Below, in pieces: positions 8,713 through 17,058 of a stretch of 64,000 nucleotides of DNA. The DNA comes from an uncultured Gammaproteobacteria bacterium (GTDB taxonomy: Bacteria > Patescibacteriota > Patescibacteriia > UBA11705 > JABHMO01), in the NCBI GenBank assembly GCA_964590105.1, contig CAZPYM010000002.1:90697-154696 (forward strand), read 5' to 3'. The notes under the pieces were generated by a model that did not search any database, was not told where the DNA came from, and saw only the letters and a program-made list of their open reading frames with translations. Within the stretch, counting starts at the first letter, position 1; every line of letters starts with the position of its first letter. The translations under genes and the position numbers were made by a program.

Positions 8713-9038
8713 ATAAAAGTAATTTGATTCTTAAAAACAACCCAACCCTCCGCGATTTTCAGGATTACATTGCTGTAATGGTAAAAGAGCGGGGGTTTGA
8801 TAAGGAAAGTATTTCTGAAATTTTTATGTTGTTTCTTGAAGAATGCGGAGAGATGGCCAAGGCCGCGCGAAAAATTCAAAACATAAAATCTGATAAAAAC
8901 TCCGAGCAATTTCATCTTGACTATGAAATTGCCGATGTGTTCATTTATTTGTTGGATATTTGTAATCATTACAATATTGATTTAGAAAAATCTTTTCGGG
9001 ATAAAGAAGAAGTTAACAAGAAAAGATTTTGGGAATAA
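8709..9038 (+). CDS. MazG-like nucleotide pyrophosphohydrolase (small all-alpha NTP-PPase).
   Basis: 109 aa. The EE.GE..KA.RK motif (LEECGEMAKAARK) and the EIADVFIYLLDICNHYNIDLEKSF helix are typical of the MazG/NTP-PPase fold. It overlaps the upstream gene by 4 nt (ATGA). Confidence 0.7.
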   Translation: MNKSNLILKNNPTLRDFQDYIAVMVKERGFDKESISEIFMLFLEECGEMAKAARKIQNIKSDKNSEQFHLDYEIADVFIYLLDICNHYNIDLEKSFRDKEEVNKKRFWE

Positions 9039-9276
9039 TTATTATTAATTAATGCTGCCAAAGAAAAACTTAAAATTGTCAGCGGTGCGGCTCCGCCACC
9101 TTTCCGAATTTTTGCGGGGGGAATTCCTCGCCGCCTGCGGCGGCGAAATGCGTTCGGACTAATTCAAGAATACTGCGCCATGAAGTATATTTATAAAGCA
9201 GGAATAAGCCCCTGTTTTTTTGTTAGGTATATATTTGATTAATAAAAAAACCGACCGCGAGGGGCCGGAATTTTGT

Positions 9277-9555
9277 TTAGTGAATCGTGCTGTTTGGCGG
9301 AATAGTGTCCGTCGCTTCAGCAGCTTCTTTTTCCTTATCACCGATTTGAATTTTGCGCTGTTTTTCTTTGAACAGATCATCTGCCAAGTTGAGCAGGCAG
9401 AGAAGAAGTCGGGTTGTTTCCGGTAAAGTCTTGCCAGGATTAAGTTGCTCCATTTTAGTCCTTATGCACTCTATCAGCTTGCCGATATGATCTTCTGATT
9501 CCTCTGTTTTTATTGAGAGTTTGTGTCCTAGGAGTTCAATCGTAAAGCTATTCAT
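9277..9555 (-). CDS. zapA: Cell division protein ZapA-like.
   Basis: ATG at 9555 is preceded by AGGAGGAAG. MNSFTIELLGHKLSIKTEESEDHIGKLIECIRTKMEQL...LLLCLLNLADDLFKEKQR matches the ZapA N-terminal beta and coiled-coil pattern. The ORF-track extension to 9576 is unlikely. Confidence 0.55.
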   Translation of the reverse strand: MNSFTIELLGHKLSIKTEESEDHIGKLIECIRTKMEQLNPGKTLPETTRLLLCLLNLADDLFKEKQRKIQIGDKEKEAAEATDTIPPNSTIH

Positions 9556-9629
9556 GGACTTCCTCCTTGTTAACATTAATTATTAATGTTCGCATCACAA
9601 TACTCAATTTGAAATAAATTGTCAATTAG

Positions 9630-10100
9630 TTACGCTTTGGAAATAATATAATACCCAATTGCGCCAAAAGCCACGGAAACGTTTAAGCTTTCTTTGTCGC
9701 CGAGCATGGGAAGGTGAATTATTTTGTCACAACTTTTTTGAATATGAGCAGATATTCCCCTGACTTCATTGCCGAGGATAATGGCGACTTTATCTTTCGG
9801 GCGCCACTTTCTGAAATCCATGCTGGTTGTTTTGGTTTTTTCGAGGCCGATAATTTCGTAGCCCTGTTTTTTTAGTTCGTGCAATGTTGGCGCGAGTATG
9901 ATTTTCTTTTCCCACGGTACAGCCATCTCAGCGCCGAGCGCGGTTTTTGCCAGCCGGAGCGGTTGTTCTTTTGGCGACGCGGTATAGCCGGCTAAATAAA
10001 GTTTTTCCGCGCCGATCGCGTCGCAGGTGCGAAAAATTGAGCCGACATTATAAAGGCTACGGATATTATGGGCGATGATGATTATATTTGGTTTTTTCAT
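9630..10100 (-). CDS. SpoU/TrmH-family RNA 2'-O-methyltransferase (SPOUT).
   Basis: 156 aa. IIAHNIRSLYNVGSIFRTCDAIG...ILGNEVRGIS...IHLPMLG...SLNVSVAFGAIGYY carries the SpoU motifs. Confidence 0.8.
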   Translation of the reverse strand: MKKPNIIIIAHNIRSLYNVGSIFRTCDAIGAEKLYLAGYTASPKEQPLRLAKTALGAEMAVPWEKKIILAPTLHELKKQGYEIIGLEKTKTTSMDFRKWRPKDKVAIILGNEVRGISAHIQKSCDKIIHLPMLGDKESLNVSVAFGAIGYYIISKA

Positions 10101-10178
10101 GAGATTAAGGTAAAATGTTATTAATGCGAAAGCCGGAATAAAGGCTGAAACGGCCTTCTATTTTCTAACATAGCAAAT

Positions 10179-11198
10179 ATGATTGAGGATAACAATAATC
10201 GAATTGTCTCTGCTAAGCTTGATGAAAATGACGGAAGCATTGATTTGAGTTTGCGGCCGAAAAAACTCGATGACTTTGTCGGCCAGCAAAAAATAAAAGC
10301 CAATTTGAATATATTTATGGAGGCGGCTAGGAAAAGGGGCGAACCGATAGAGCATGTTCTGCTCTACGGGCCGCCAGGGCTCGGAAAAACGACGCTGGCG
10401 CACATTATAGCCAATGAGATGGGTGCAAACATGCGAGTGACCACGGGGCCCGCAATTGAGAAGAGCGGGGACCTGGCGGCGATCCTTACAAATCTTGAAC
10501 CGGGAGACGTTTTATTTATCGATGAAATTCACCGGCTGAACCGGGTGGTAGAAGAAGTTTTGTATTCAGCAATGGAAGATTTTGTTTTGGATATTGTTAT
10601 TGGCAAGGGACCGTCGGCCAGAACATTGAGATTGGACATTCCTCACTTTACACTGATCGGCGCGACCACCAAGCTTTCTAAATTATCGTCACCTCTTCGC
10701 GATCGCTTTGGCAATACGTATCATTTGGAATTTTACGAAAATGAAGATATTGATAAAATAATAAATCGCTCAGCCGGAATATTAAATGTGAATTTTGTCG
10801 AGCCTTGTTCTCTTGAAATTGCCAAAAGAGCCAGGAAAACTCCGCGCATTGCCAATCGTCTTTTGAAAAGGATCCGCGATTTTGCCGAAGTGAAGAATCA
10901 AGGACAAATTAACCGTGAAATAGTGGAGCAAACAGTGCAGATGCTGGCAGTGGATCAGCATGGTCTTGATGATATTGACAGGAAAATTCTTTTGACGATA
11001 ATTGAAAAATTCGGCGGCGGACCGGTTGGCTTGAATACTATTGCCGCGGCTACTTCTGAGGAAATGGAGGCCATTGAAGACGTGTATGAACCGTATTTAT
11101 TGCAGTTGGGCTTTATCAATCGTACAAATCGTGGTAGAATAGTAACAGATGAAGCTTACAAACATTTAGGAATTGAAAAACGTAATTTGCTTTTGTAA
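10179..11198 (+). CDS. ruvB: Holliday junction branch migration helicase RuvB.
   Basis: 339 aa. [12 protein letters not shown], Walker [12 protein letters not shown], Walker [11 protein letters not shown] and the C-terminal winged helix are present. Confidence 0.95.
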   Translation: MIEDNNNRIVSAKLDENDGSIDLSLRPKKLDDFVGQQKIKANLNIFMEAARKRGEPIEHVLLYGPPGLGKTTLAHIIANEMGANMRVTTGPAIEKSGDLAAILTNLEPGDVLFIDEIHRLNRVVEEVLYSAMEDFVLDIVIGKGPSARTLRLDIPHFTLIGATTKLSKLSSPLRDRFGNTYHLEFYENEDIDKIINRSAGILNVNFVEPCSLEIAKRARKTPRIANRLLKRIRDFAEVKNQGQINREIVEQTVQMLAVDQHGLDDIDRKILLTIIEKFGGGPVGLNTIAAATSEEMEAIEDVYEPYLLQLGFINRTNRGRIVTDEAYKHLGIEKRNLLL

Positions 11199-11250
11199 AT
11201 TTTTGAATTCCCCAGTTTTCCAGTTTCCTAATTACCTGATTTCTTGTTTT

Positions 11251-11313
11251 CTTGTAATTTGTTATTTGTCCGCCATAGGCGGATGCGCCTTGGGCGCATA
11301 ATTTGTAATTTTT
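11251..11313. repeat. TTGTAATTTGTT-type AT-rich dispersed repeat, flanking GC hairpin-pair repeat copy B.
   Basis: CTTGTAATTTGTTATTTGT at 11251-11269 and AATTTGTAATTTTT at 11300-11313. Related copies lie at 14225-14269 (opposite orientation) and 60072-60108. Confidence 0.5.
11269..11298. repeat. GC hairpin-pair repeat, copy B.
   Basis: TCCGCCATAGGCGGA immediately followed by TGCGCCTTGGGCGCA, two adjacent 5-6 bp GC hairpins. Same architecture as copies A and C. Confidence 0.55.
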
Positions 11314-11322
11314 CGCTATTGT

Positions 11323-11568
11323 ATGGCAATTCCACTTTCAACATTTTTGTTTGTTTACCTGCTCTATATTCTAGTTTTTTTGTTTTTTAGTTTTTTTAAT
11401 TTGTATCACATGCTAAGGTACGGGTTTGTCAGTTTTCTCGCCTATGTGGTTACTGTCGGATACATTATTATTACCCTGTTGGCCTTATTTGTTTCCTATT
11501 ATTATTTGGCGCAGGTCGACTGGAGTCAGACAATTGATATTTATAAGGCATCTGGGGGAATTTATTAA
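11323..11568 (+). CDS. Small hypothetical membrane protein (81 aa).
   Basis: Hydrophobic throughout (2-3 TM). No clear RBS, so low confidence. Confidence 0.3.
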   Translation: MAIPLSTFLFVYLLYILVFLFFSFFNLYHMLRYGFVSFLAYVVTVGYIIITLLALFVSYYYLAQVDWSQTIDIYKASGGIY

Positions 11569-11570
11569 AT

Positions 11571-12128
11571 ATGTACAGCCATCATCATTTTCCAAATCAA
11601 AAACCAAACGAGCATGTGCTCATGTTTTTGCGCCGGCATTGGATCGTGGTTTTGAAACTTTTAGGCATTAGTTTGTGCTTGGTTTTAATCCCGGTTTTTT
11701 TCTTTATCATTTATATTAATTACACGGATTATTTTGAAAATGAAATTGTTACCGCTATCATAATTCTTTTAACCAGCGCTTTTTATTTATTTATAATTTT
11801 ATATACGTTTAGTAGTTTTGTTGACTATTACTTGGACGTCTGGATTGTTACAAATCAGCGAATAATTAATATTGAACAAAAGGGTTTATTCGCCAGGGTT
11901 GTTTCAGAAAAAGATTTAGGCAGGATGCAGGATATCACTTCTGATATTGAAGGATTTTGGGCCACGGTATTAAACTACGGGGATGTCCATATTCAGACTG
12001 CCGGAGAAAAAGAAAGATTTATTTTCAAACAGGTGCCTTTTGCTGATGAAGTTTCCCGCAGGATCAGCAATCTGGTTTCTGAATATCAAAAGATAAACAA
12101 AGATACGCCGCTCGATAAAGTAGGTTAA
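11571..12128 (+). CDS. Hypothetical membrane protein with a bacterial PH-like (YdbT/DUF304-like) domain.
   Basis: 185 aa. Two TM helices, then a soluble domain with the alternating beta-pattern seen in bPH_2 domains. Hedged. Confidence 0.45.
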   Translation: MYSHHHFPNQKPNEHVLMFLRRHWIVVLKLLGISLCLVLIPVFFFIIYINYTDYFENEIVTAIIILLTSAFYLFIILYTFSSFVDYYLDVWIVTNQRIINIEQKGLFARVVSEKDLGRMQDITSDIEGFWATVLNYGDVHIQTAGEKERFIFKQVPFADEVSRRISNLVSEYQKINKDTPLDKVG

Positions 12129-12147
12129 AACATACAAAAACAAAAAA

Positions 12148-12183
12148 TACCCCGCCGCTCGTAAAAGGCAGGGTATTTTTTTT
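12148..12183 (+). terminator. Rho-independent terminator.
   Basis: TACCCCGCC...GGCAGGGTA stem (one mismatch) followed by TTTTTTTT. Confidence 0.5.
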
Positions 12184-12390
12184 GTGGAAAATTGTAGTGT
12201 CCGTTGCGAAGCGACAAACAAACGCGCCTCGCCACTGTGAAGAATTTTGATTTTAGCAAAAGAACAGAGTTGCTTTTTTGTTTTTTCCCAATAAAGACCT
12301 TATTGGGCTTGACTGGACCGCGTGTTTCAGCGGCCTGATTTTGTTTTGATTGTAGATTTGTCCCGATTAGGGAGGTTTATTGCTTAATTA

Positions 12391-14040
12391 TTAATATATT
12401 TTTTCTATATTAATTCCTGAATAATAATATTTCAGAATCTGGTCATATGTCCAGCCCAATTTTTCCGCTCTGGCTTTGGCGTCCTGCTGGTCAATGCCCA
12501 CGCCGTGACCCCATTTAGCCAAGTCTTTTGTGTATGGAGTTTCAACTGATTTTAAATACGGATATTTACTGCTGGTCAAGGTTTGGCCACCACTTCTGGC
12601 CGAATAAAATGCAATAATTACTTCGTCGGAGTGAGTGAGCACAGTTCCCGCTGTTTCCGCCACAATATTTGCCTGATTGGGCATTATAGTTTCCGCTATG
12701 TATCCTTTGTAAACTTGATCTCTTTCATCGGGATAAAGGTCAAATGGGCTGTCTTCGACTTTAAATTTGTTCACATGATAAAGAGCATAGGTTCTAGCGG
12801 CGATCGTCATAGCTTTCTGATATTCAGCTGGATCTGGGTTTGACGTTTCTTTCATTCCTTTTAGGTAATCAGCCAGTGGTAAAGTATTTACCACCCAGAC
12901 TCTCTCGGTTGGTTGATAAAAAATTAAACTCAGGTTGCCGCGAAATTGATTGTAATTAATTGATTTATTCCAATCTGCCAGATCAGTCAGACTTAAGATG
13001 GTAAAAATGCCGTCGTTGAAATTTTTTAAATATAAACTCGAACTCGTTCGTACGGTTGTATTGATAAAATCAAAAGTATATTCTTTTTTTGCTTCGCTAT
13101 AGTTAAATAGAATTTCCACATCTGCGGGGACAGAGGCAAGCAGCGTGTCATTTTTGTCGTAAACTTGCCAAGCTTGATTATTTTTGATTAGCACGGATTT
13201 GTCTGTGTGAAATAACCCCACTCTTACATCGGGACCTTTTTCCGGCAATGAAAAAGCGCTGACGCAGGTTAAATTGTCAATGCCGCTGGTAAGCGCGGCA
13301 ATATTTAATCTTAGTGTGCAGATATTTAATTTTGGTACCGGCGCGCTGACAACGGCAGTCGCGGTTGTTGTGACTATTTGCGCCGAAGGGATTTGAACTG
13401 TTTGTTTTTCTGAAGCAAACTCTTCCGGATGTTCGACTACATTCATCCCTACTGAGACATCGCCGCCTTTTATCATCGTGTTGTCGGAAACCAGAACAAA
13501 ATCTCCTGAATACAAATTAAGATTTTTTGGCGCTTGCAGGGCGAATTTAAAAGTGCCGGTTTCGCCGGGATTAACTATTTTTTCTTGAAGTTGAGCCGGC
13601 AGATAGGGGTCGGGCCAGAACGAGTGTCTAAATTTAAGCGCTGTGGTGAGCGATTTTAAATATACTTTTTCTTTTGTCCAAATTGCCGTGCCTGTGTTCT
13701 TGAAACTAAGATTAAAAGTAAAAGCTTGCTCTGGCTGGATGTTGATCTGCTTGTGCGATTGAAAAATTGATTCAGCTTCATATGTTACCTCAGCGGCCAG
13801 CGCCACTTTGGCAAAAATTGGAATATTTTTATTTTGAGTCTCTGGAATAAGCGTTGATTCAAATGACCGGAGTCCAAAAGCCGCAACCATGACAATGACT
13901 AAAGAAAATAAAATATGGCCAAAAACATTAAGGCCGGAAGTTTCATCTTTGGCTTTTTGATATAGTTTATTTTCTTTAATCCTTGTCTTTTCGAGCGTGG
14001 AGTTCCAAAAATAAGACAAGTATTTGTGTCTGGATTGCAT
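12391..14040 (-). CDS. SpoIID/LytB-domain protein (peptidoglycan lytic transglycosylase/amidase enhancer) with an N-terminal TM anchor.
   Basis: 549 aa. The C-terminal region AFYSARSGGQTLTSSKYPYLKSVETPY...WGHGVGIDQQDAKARAEKLGWTYDQILKYYYSG matches the SpoIID/LytB signature (S.SGG.T...E.W....PYL..V.D......GHGVG.SQ.GA...A..G..Y..IL..YY.G). Confidence 0.8.
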   Translation of the reverse strand: MQSRHKYLSYFWNSTLEKTRIKENKLYQKAKDETSGLNVFGHILFSLVIVMVAAFGLRSFESTLIPETQNKNIPIFAKVALAAEVTYEAESIFQSHKQINIQPEQAFTFNLSFKNTGTAIWTKEKVYLKSLTTALKFRHSFWPDPYLPAQLQEKIVNPGETGTFKFALQAPKNLNLYSGDFVLVSDNTMIKGGDVSVGMNVVEHPEEFASEKQTVQIPSAQIVTTTATAVVSAPVPKLNICTLRLNIAALTSGIDNLTCVSAFSLPEKGPDVRVGLFHTDKSVLIKNNQAWQVYDKNDTLLASVPADVEILFNYSEAKKEYTFDFINTTVRTSSSLYLKNFNDGIFTILSLTDLADWNKSINYNQFRGNLSLIFYQPTERVWVVNTLPLADYLKGMKETSNPDPAEYQKAMTIAARTYALYHVNKFKVEDSPFDLYPDERDQVYKGYIAETIMPNQANIVAETAGTVLTHSDEVIIAFYSARSGGQTLTSSKYPYLKSVETPYTKDLAKWGHGVGIDQQDAKARAEKLGWTYDQILKYYYSGINIEKIY

Positions 14041-14224
14041 AAAATTAAAGCTGCCTTAAGCTTTAAGGAAAGTCTTTGACAGCACGTTAAAAGTCCGTCG
14101 ATCAGCAAATTCTGATTTTTTGCCGTTATTCCAACGATGCACCGGGCTTAGGTAGCCGACAACTCTGGAATAAACTTCACACTTCTGCCGTTTTGATTGT
14201 GTTTGTAGTGGGGACATATGTGTA

Positions 14225-14269
14225 AATAAATTACAAATAATAAATAACAAATTACAAGTAACAAATTGA
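14225..14269. repeat. AAATTACAA/TTGTAATTT repeat cluster (same family as 11251 and 60072).
   Basis: AAATAAATTACAAATAATAAATAACAAATTACAAGTAACAAATTG. The reverse complement contains CTTGTAATTTGTTATTT, a 17/17 match to 11251-11267. Confidence 0.5.
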
Positions 14270-14452
14270 TTTAAAATAAACGAGCGCTCATAGAAAAAGC
14301 ACTCGTTTTACATCTCCACATTATAATTATAGCAAAGTTTTTTGGGTTTGTCAATGCATTGGCTAAAGTTAGTGCTTAAGGTTGGCGGAGGCGGAAGTTG
14401 TTTTTATCGTTTGTTTCTAAATTTACAGCAAGAAAACCAAAAATCAATCGGA

Positions 14453-15061
14453 TTAAAGTGATTTTTTGATTTTTTCCGCTAATTTAAGAAAATCTTTTTC
14501 ATTATATTTGAAATCATTTTGATCGCCGTTAGCAATTATTATTGGACAATCCTTGAAATCTCGGCTCCATTCTTCGTAAAGATGATTTAAATCTGAGATA
14601 TAGGTGTTATTCAGGTGAAATTCTACGTTTCGGTTCCTTTTAGTGATGTTTTTAATACAGCGGTCAGTTGAGGATTTTGCATAAATGATTAATTCCGGTG
14701 GAGTCAGTGTTTTCTTTATAGCTTTGTAAAGATTATTGTAAGTCTGCCAATCAGCTTCGTCCAAAAGTCTGTTTTGGTAAAGGTTTTTTACAAAGACTTC
14801 AGCGCCCTCGTATATACAACGGTCCTGCACTGTCGGCAGATTGCTTTCAATTATCTGCAAATGATCTTGCAATCGGCGGCCGAGAAAAAACACTTCGCAT
14901 TTGAAAGCCCATTTGCCCATATCCTGATAATATTTTTCAAGGTAAGGGTTTTCTTCAAACGGTTCCTGAAAATATTCCCAGCCAAAATGATTGGCCAGTT
15001 TTTTTGCCAGATTGGTTTTTCCCGAGCCGATATTGCCGGCAATGGCAATGAATTTTTTCAT
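14453..15061 (-). CDS. Deoxynucleoside kinase (dAK/dCK/dGK family).
   Basis: 202 aa. P-loop IAIAGNIGSGKTNLAKKL, then EPFEENPYLEKYYQDM and DRCIYEGAEVF, typical of deoxynucleoside kinases. Confidence 0.85.
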   Translation of the reverse strand: MKKFIAIAGNIGSGKTNLAKKLANHFGWEYFQEPFEENPYLEKYYQDMGKWAFKCEVFFLGRRLQDHLQIIESNLPTVQDRCIYEGAEVFVKNLYQNRLLDEADWQTYNNLYKAIKKTLTPPELIIYAKSSTDRCIKNITKRNRNVEFHLNNTYISDLNHLYEEWSRDFKDCPIIIANGDQNDFKYNEKDFLKLAEKIKKSL

Positions 15062-15305
15062 AAAAGTTTTTTTGATATCTTTATCTTAGCATTATTTATA
15101 AATTAAAAATATGGCTGAAATTGGGGTGGTTCATCATATAAGGTAAAAAAATAAAAACGCATCAAGGAAATTAATGTGTTTTTGGAAGTTTTTTAAAATT
15201 GTTTTTGCATTATACTCACTGGAAGAATGGCTGCGCCATTCGCCGTGCTTCGCCATAGCGGCTACGCGACGGCAAGTAGCCCCGTTTTAGTAGGGTGAAG
15301 AATGG

Positions 15306-15379
15306 TGGACCCGGCAGGCCTCGAACCTGTGACCTCTTCCATGCCATGGAAGCGCTCTAGCCAACTGAGCTACGGGCCC
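15306..15379 (-). tRNA. tRNA-Ala (anticodon GGC).
   Basis: Minus-strand sequence GGGCCCGTAGCTCAGTTGGCTAGAGCGCTTCCATGGCATGGAAGAGGTCACAGGTTCGAGGCCTGCCGGGTCCA. The G3:U70 Ala identity pair is present. Anticodon loop ATGGCAT. One weak T-stem pair. CCA is encoded. Confidence 0.75.
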
Positions 15380-15407
15380 TGAACCTGAGTGAACGAATGG
15401 TACATGG

Positions 15408-15480
15408 TGGGCGCAGGAGGACTCGAACCTCCGACCAATTGGTTAAGAGCCAACTGCTCTACCAGCTGAGCTATGCGCCC
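15408..15480 (-). tRNA. tRNA-Lys (anticodon CTT).
   Basis: Minus-strand GGGCGCATAGCTCAGCTGGTAGAGCAGTTGGCTCTTAACCAATTGGTCGGAGGTTCGAGTCCTCCTGCGCCCA. Anticodon loop CTCTTAA. CCA is encoded. Confidence 0.8.
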
Positions 15481-15558
15481 CCGGATGAAAGCAAAAAAAT
15501 AATACCGCAATATTATTGTTTTGTAAAGAAAAATTTTCAATAAAGGTCCCGCACAAAG

Positions 15559-15631
15559 TGCACCCGGCACGATTCGAACGTGCAACTCCTTGGTCCGAAG
15601 CCAAGTACTCTATCCATTGAGCTACGGGTGC
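15559..15631 (-). tRNA. tRNA-Arg (anticodon TCG).
   Basis: Minus-strand GCACCCGTAGCTCAATGGATAGAGTACTTGGCTTCGGACCAAGGAGTTGCACGTTCGAATCGTGCCGGGTGCA. Perfect acceptor and T stems. Anticodon loop CTTCGGA. No CCA is encoded. It is flanked by a 13-nt complementary leader/trailer extension. Confidence 0.85.
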
Positions 15632-15651
15632 ACTTTATACGGGACGATATT

Positions 15652-16344
15652 TTAGTTCCAGCCTTTTTCTTCAAGAGCATTTCTGGCTGCGTCTTCCTGC
15701 GCTTCTTGTTTGCTTGAACCAGTACCCGTGGCGACCAGCTCGGTTTTTAGATAAATGCCGATTTCAAATTCTTTGTCATGGTCAGGGCCGCTTTCGGATA
15801 GAACTTTATAACTGGGAGTAATGCCGGCTTTTTCCTGAGCCATTTCCTGAAAGCTGCTTTTGGGATCAAGATATAATTTTTTGTCCAGTATTTCCGGCAA
15901 TTCAGACAAAATAAATTTAGTAATGAATGTTTTTGCCGCATCCCAGCCTTGATCTAGATAAATTGCGCCGATCAAAGATTCCATGGCATTAGCTAAAATA
16001 AATTGTCTGGCCTTTCCTGTGTCTTTTTGTTCTCCTTTGCTTAAAAAGAGGCAGTTTTCAAAATCAATGTCGCTGGCGATCTTTGAAAGAATTTTACTGT
16101 TTACCAAGCTTGCCCGCCAATTGGTCAGTTCGCCTTCAGGATTTGGATATTTGTTATATAAGTATTCAGTTACAACTAATTCCAATACCGCATCGCCTAG
16201 AAATTCCAGGCGTTCATTGTGATCAAGTGCAAACCCTGGGTGTTCATTCAAATATGAACGGTGAACAAGGGCTTGTTTCAGTAAATTTTCGTCATTGAAT
16301 TTTGTGCCGATTGTTTTTTCCAAGGATTTTAAGTTCTTTTCCAT
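15652..16344 (-). CDS. rnc: Ribonuclease III.
   Basis: RNase III signature ERLEFLGDAVLELVVTEYLY plus a C-terminal dsRBD. The likely ATG is at 16344 (MEKNLKS...); the ORF-track start at 16365 would be a TTG. Confidence 0.9.
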   Translation of the reverse strand: MEKNLKSLEKTIGTKFNDENLLKQALVHRSYLNEHPGFALDHNERLEFLGDAVLELVVTEYLYNKYPNPEGELTNWRASLVNSKILSKIASDIDFENCLFLSKGEQKDTGKARQFILANAMESLIGAIYLDQGWDAAKTFITKFILSELPEILDKKLYLDPKSSFQEMAQEKAGITPSYKVLSESGPDHDKEFEIGIYLKTELVATGTGSSKQEAQEDAARNALEEKGWN

Positions 16345-16409
16345 AATGCAAAGAACAGAAAACAATAATCAGTAAACATTGAGCTGTTTGCTAATTACTG
16401 CCTTCTGTT

Positions 16410-16898
16410 TTATTTATTTAAATCGTCCGGGGCCGTTTTTTCTTTTTCTTTTGTCGGCGTTTCTTTGTCTTCCGACTTTTTTGTGGGCCCTATGTCTTTG
16501 TATATTGAACCGAGCACGCCATTAACAAACTTACCCGAAGATTCTCCGCCAAAAGTCTTGGCAATTTCAATTGCCTCATTGATGGCGACTTTGGAGGGAA
16601 TATCAGGATTAAAGGCCAGCTCGTAGATGCCGATTCTTAAAATATTACGGTCAACATTGGTAATCTGTTCCAGCGGCCACTCCGGCGCGTATTTCTTGAT
16701 GTAATTGTCAATCGCCAGCAAATTGTCCGTTACTCCCTTGATCAGTTTGTCTGTGAAGGAATTGTCGTGAAATTCCGGCGCGAACGATTGATAATTATAT
16801 TGGATGATTTCATCCAAATCTTGTTTTTTTTGTCCTTTGAAGTCCCACTCAAAGAGTGTCTGAAGGGCAATCGTTCTTGCTAAGTGTCTGTTTGACAT
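16410..16898 (-). CDS. nusB: Transcription antitermination factor NusB, with a C-terminal K/E-rich tail.
   Basis: [14 protein letters not shown]...[49 protein letters not shown] is the classic NusB fold sequence. A low-complexity tail of about 30 aa follows. Confidence 0.85.
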   Translation of the reverse strand: MSNRHLARTIALQTLFEWDFKGQKKQDLDEIIQYNYQSFAPEFHDNSFTDKLIKGVTDNLLAIDNYIKKYAPEWPLEQITNVDRNILRIGIYELAFNPDIPSKVAINEAIEIAKTFGGESSGKFVNGVLGSIYKDIGPTKKSEDKETPTKEKEKTAPDDLNK

Positions 16899-17058
16899 AT
16901 AAAGATATAAAGATCAAATTTATTTTTGTTTGTAAATTTTATTATGGTTGTCACTAGTGAGAATACCTGATTTTGTAAAAAAAGGCAAGCCTAGTAAATT
17001 GGTGAGTTGGCTGATTGACGCGCCGGTAAAAATTTGGTATTTTAAATAAGCGCAATAT

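Noticed and set aside
8094-8969. 291-aa ORF on the minus strand.
   Set aside because: It is antisense to two well-supported plus-strand genes (the NDT-like and MazG-like genes), has no RBS and gives an Ile/Phe/Ser-rich junk translation typical of an antisense AT-rich frame.
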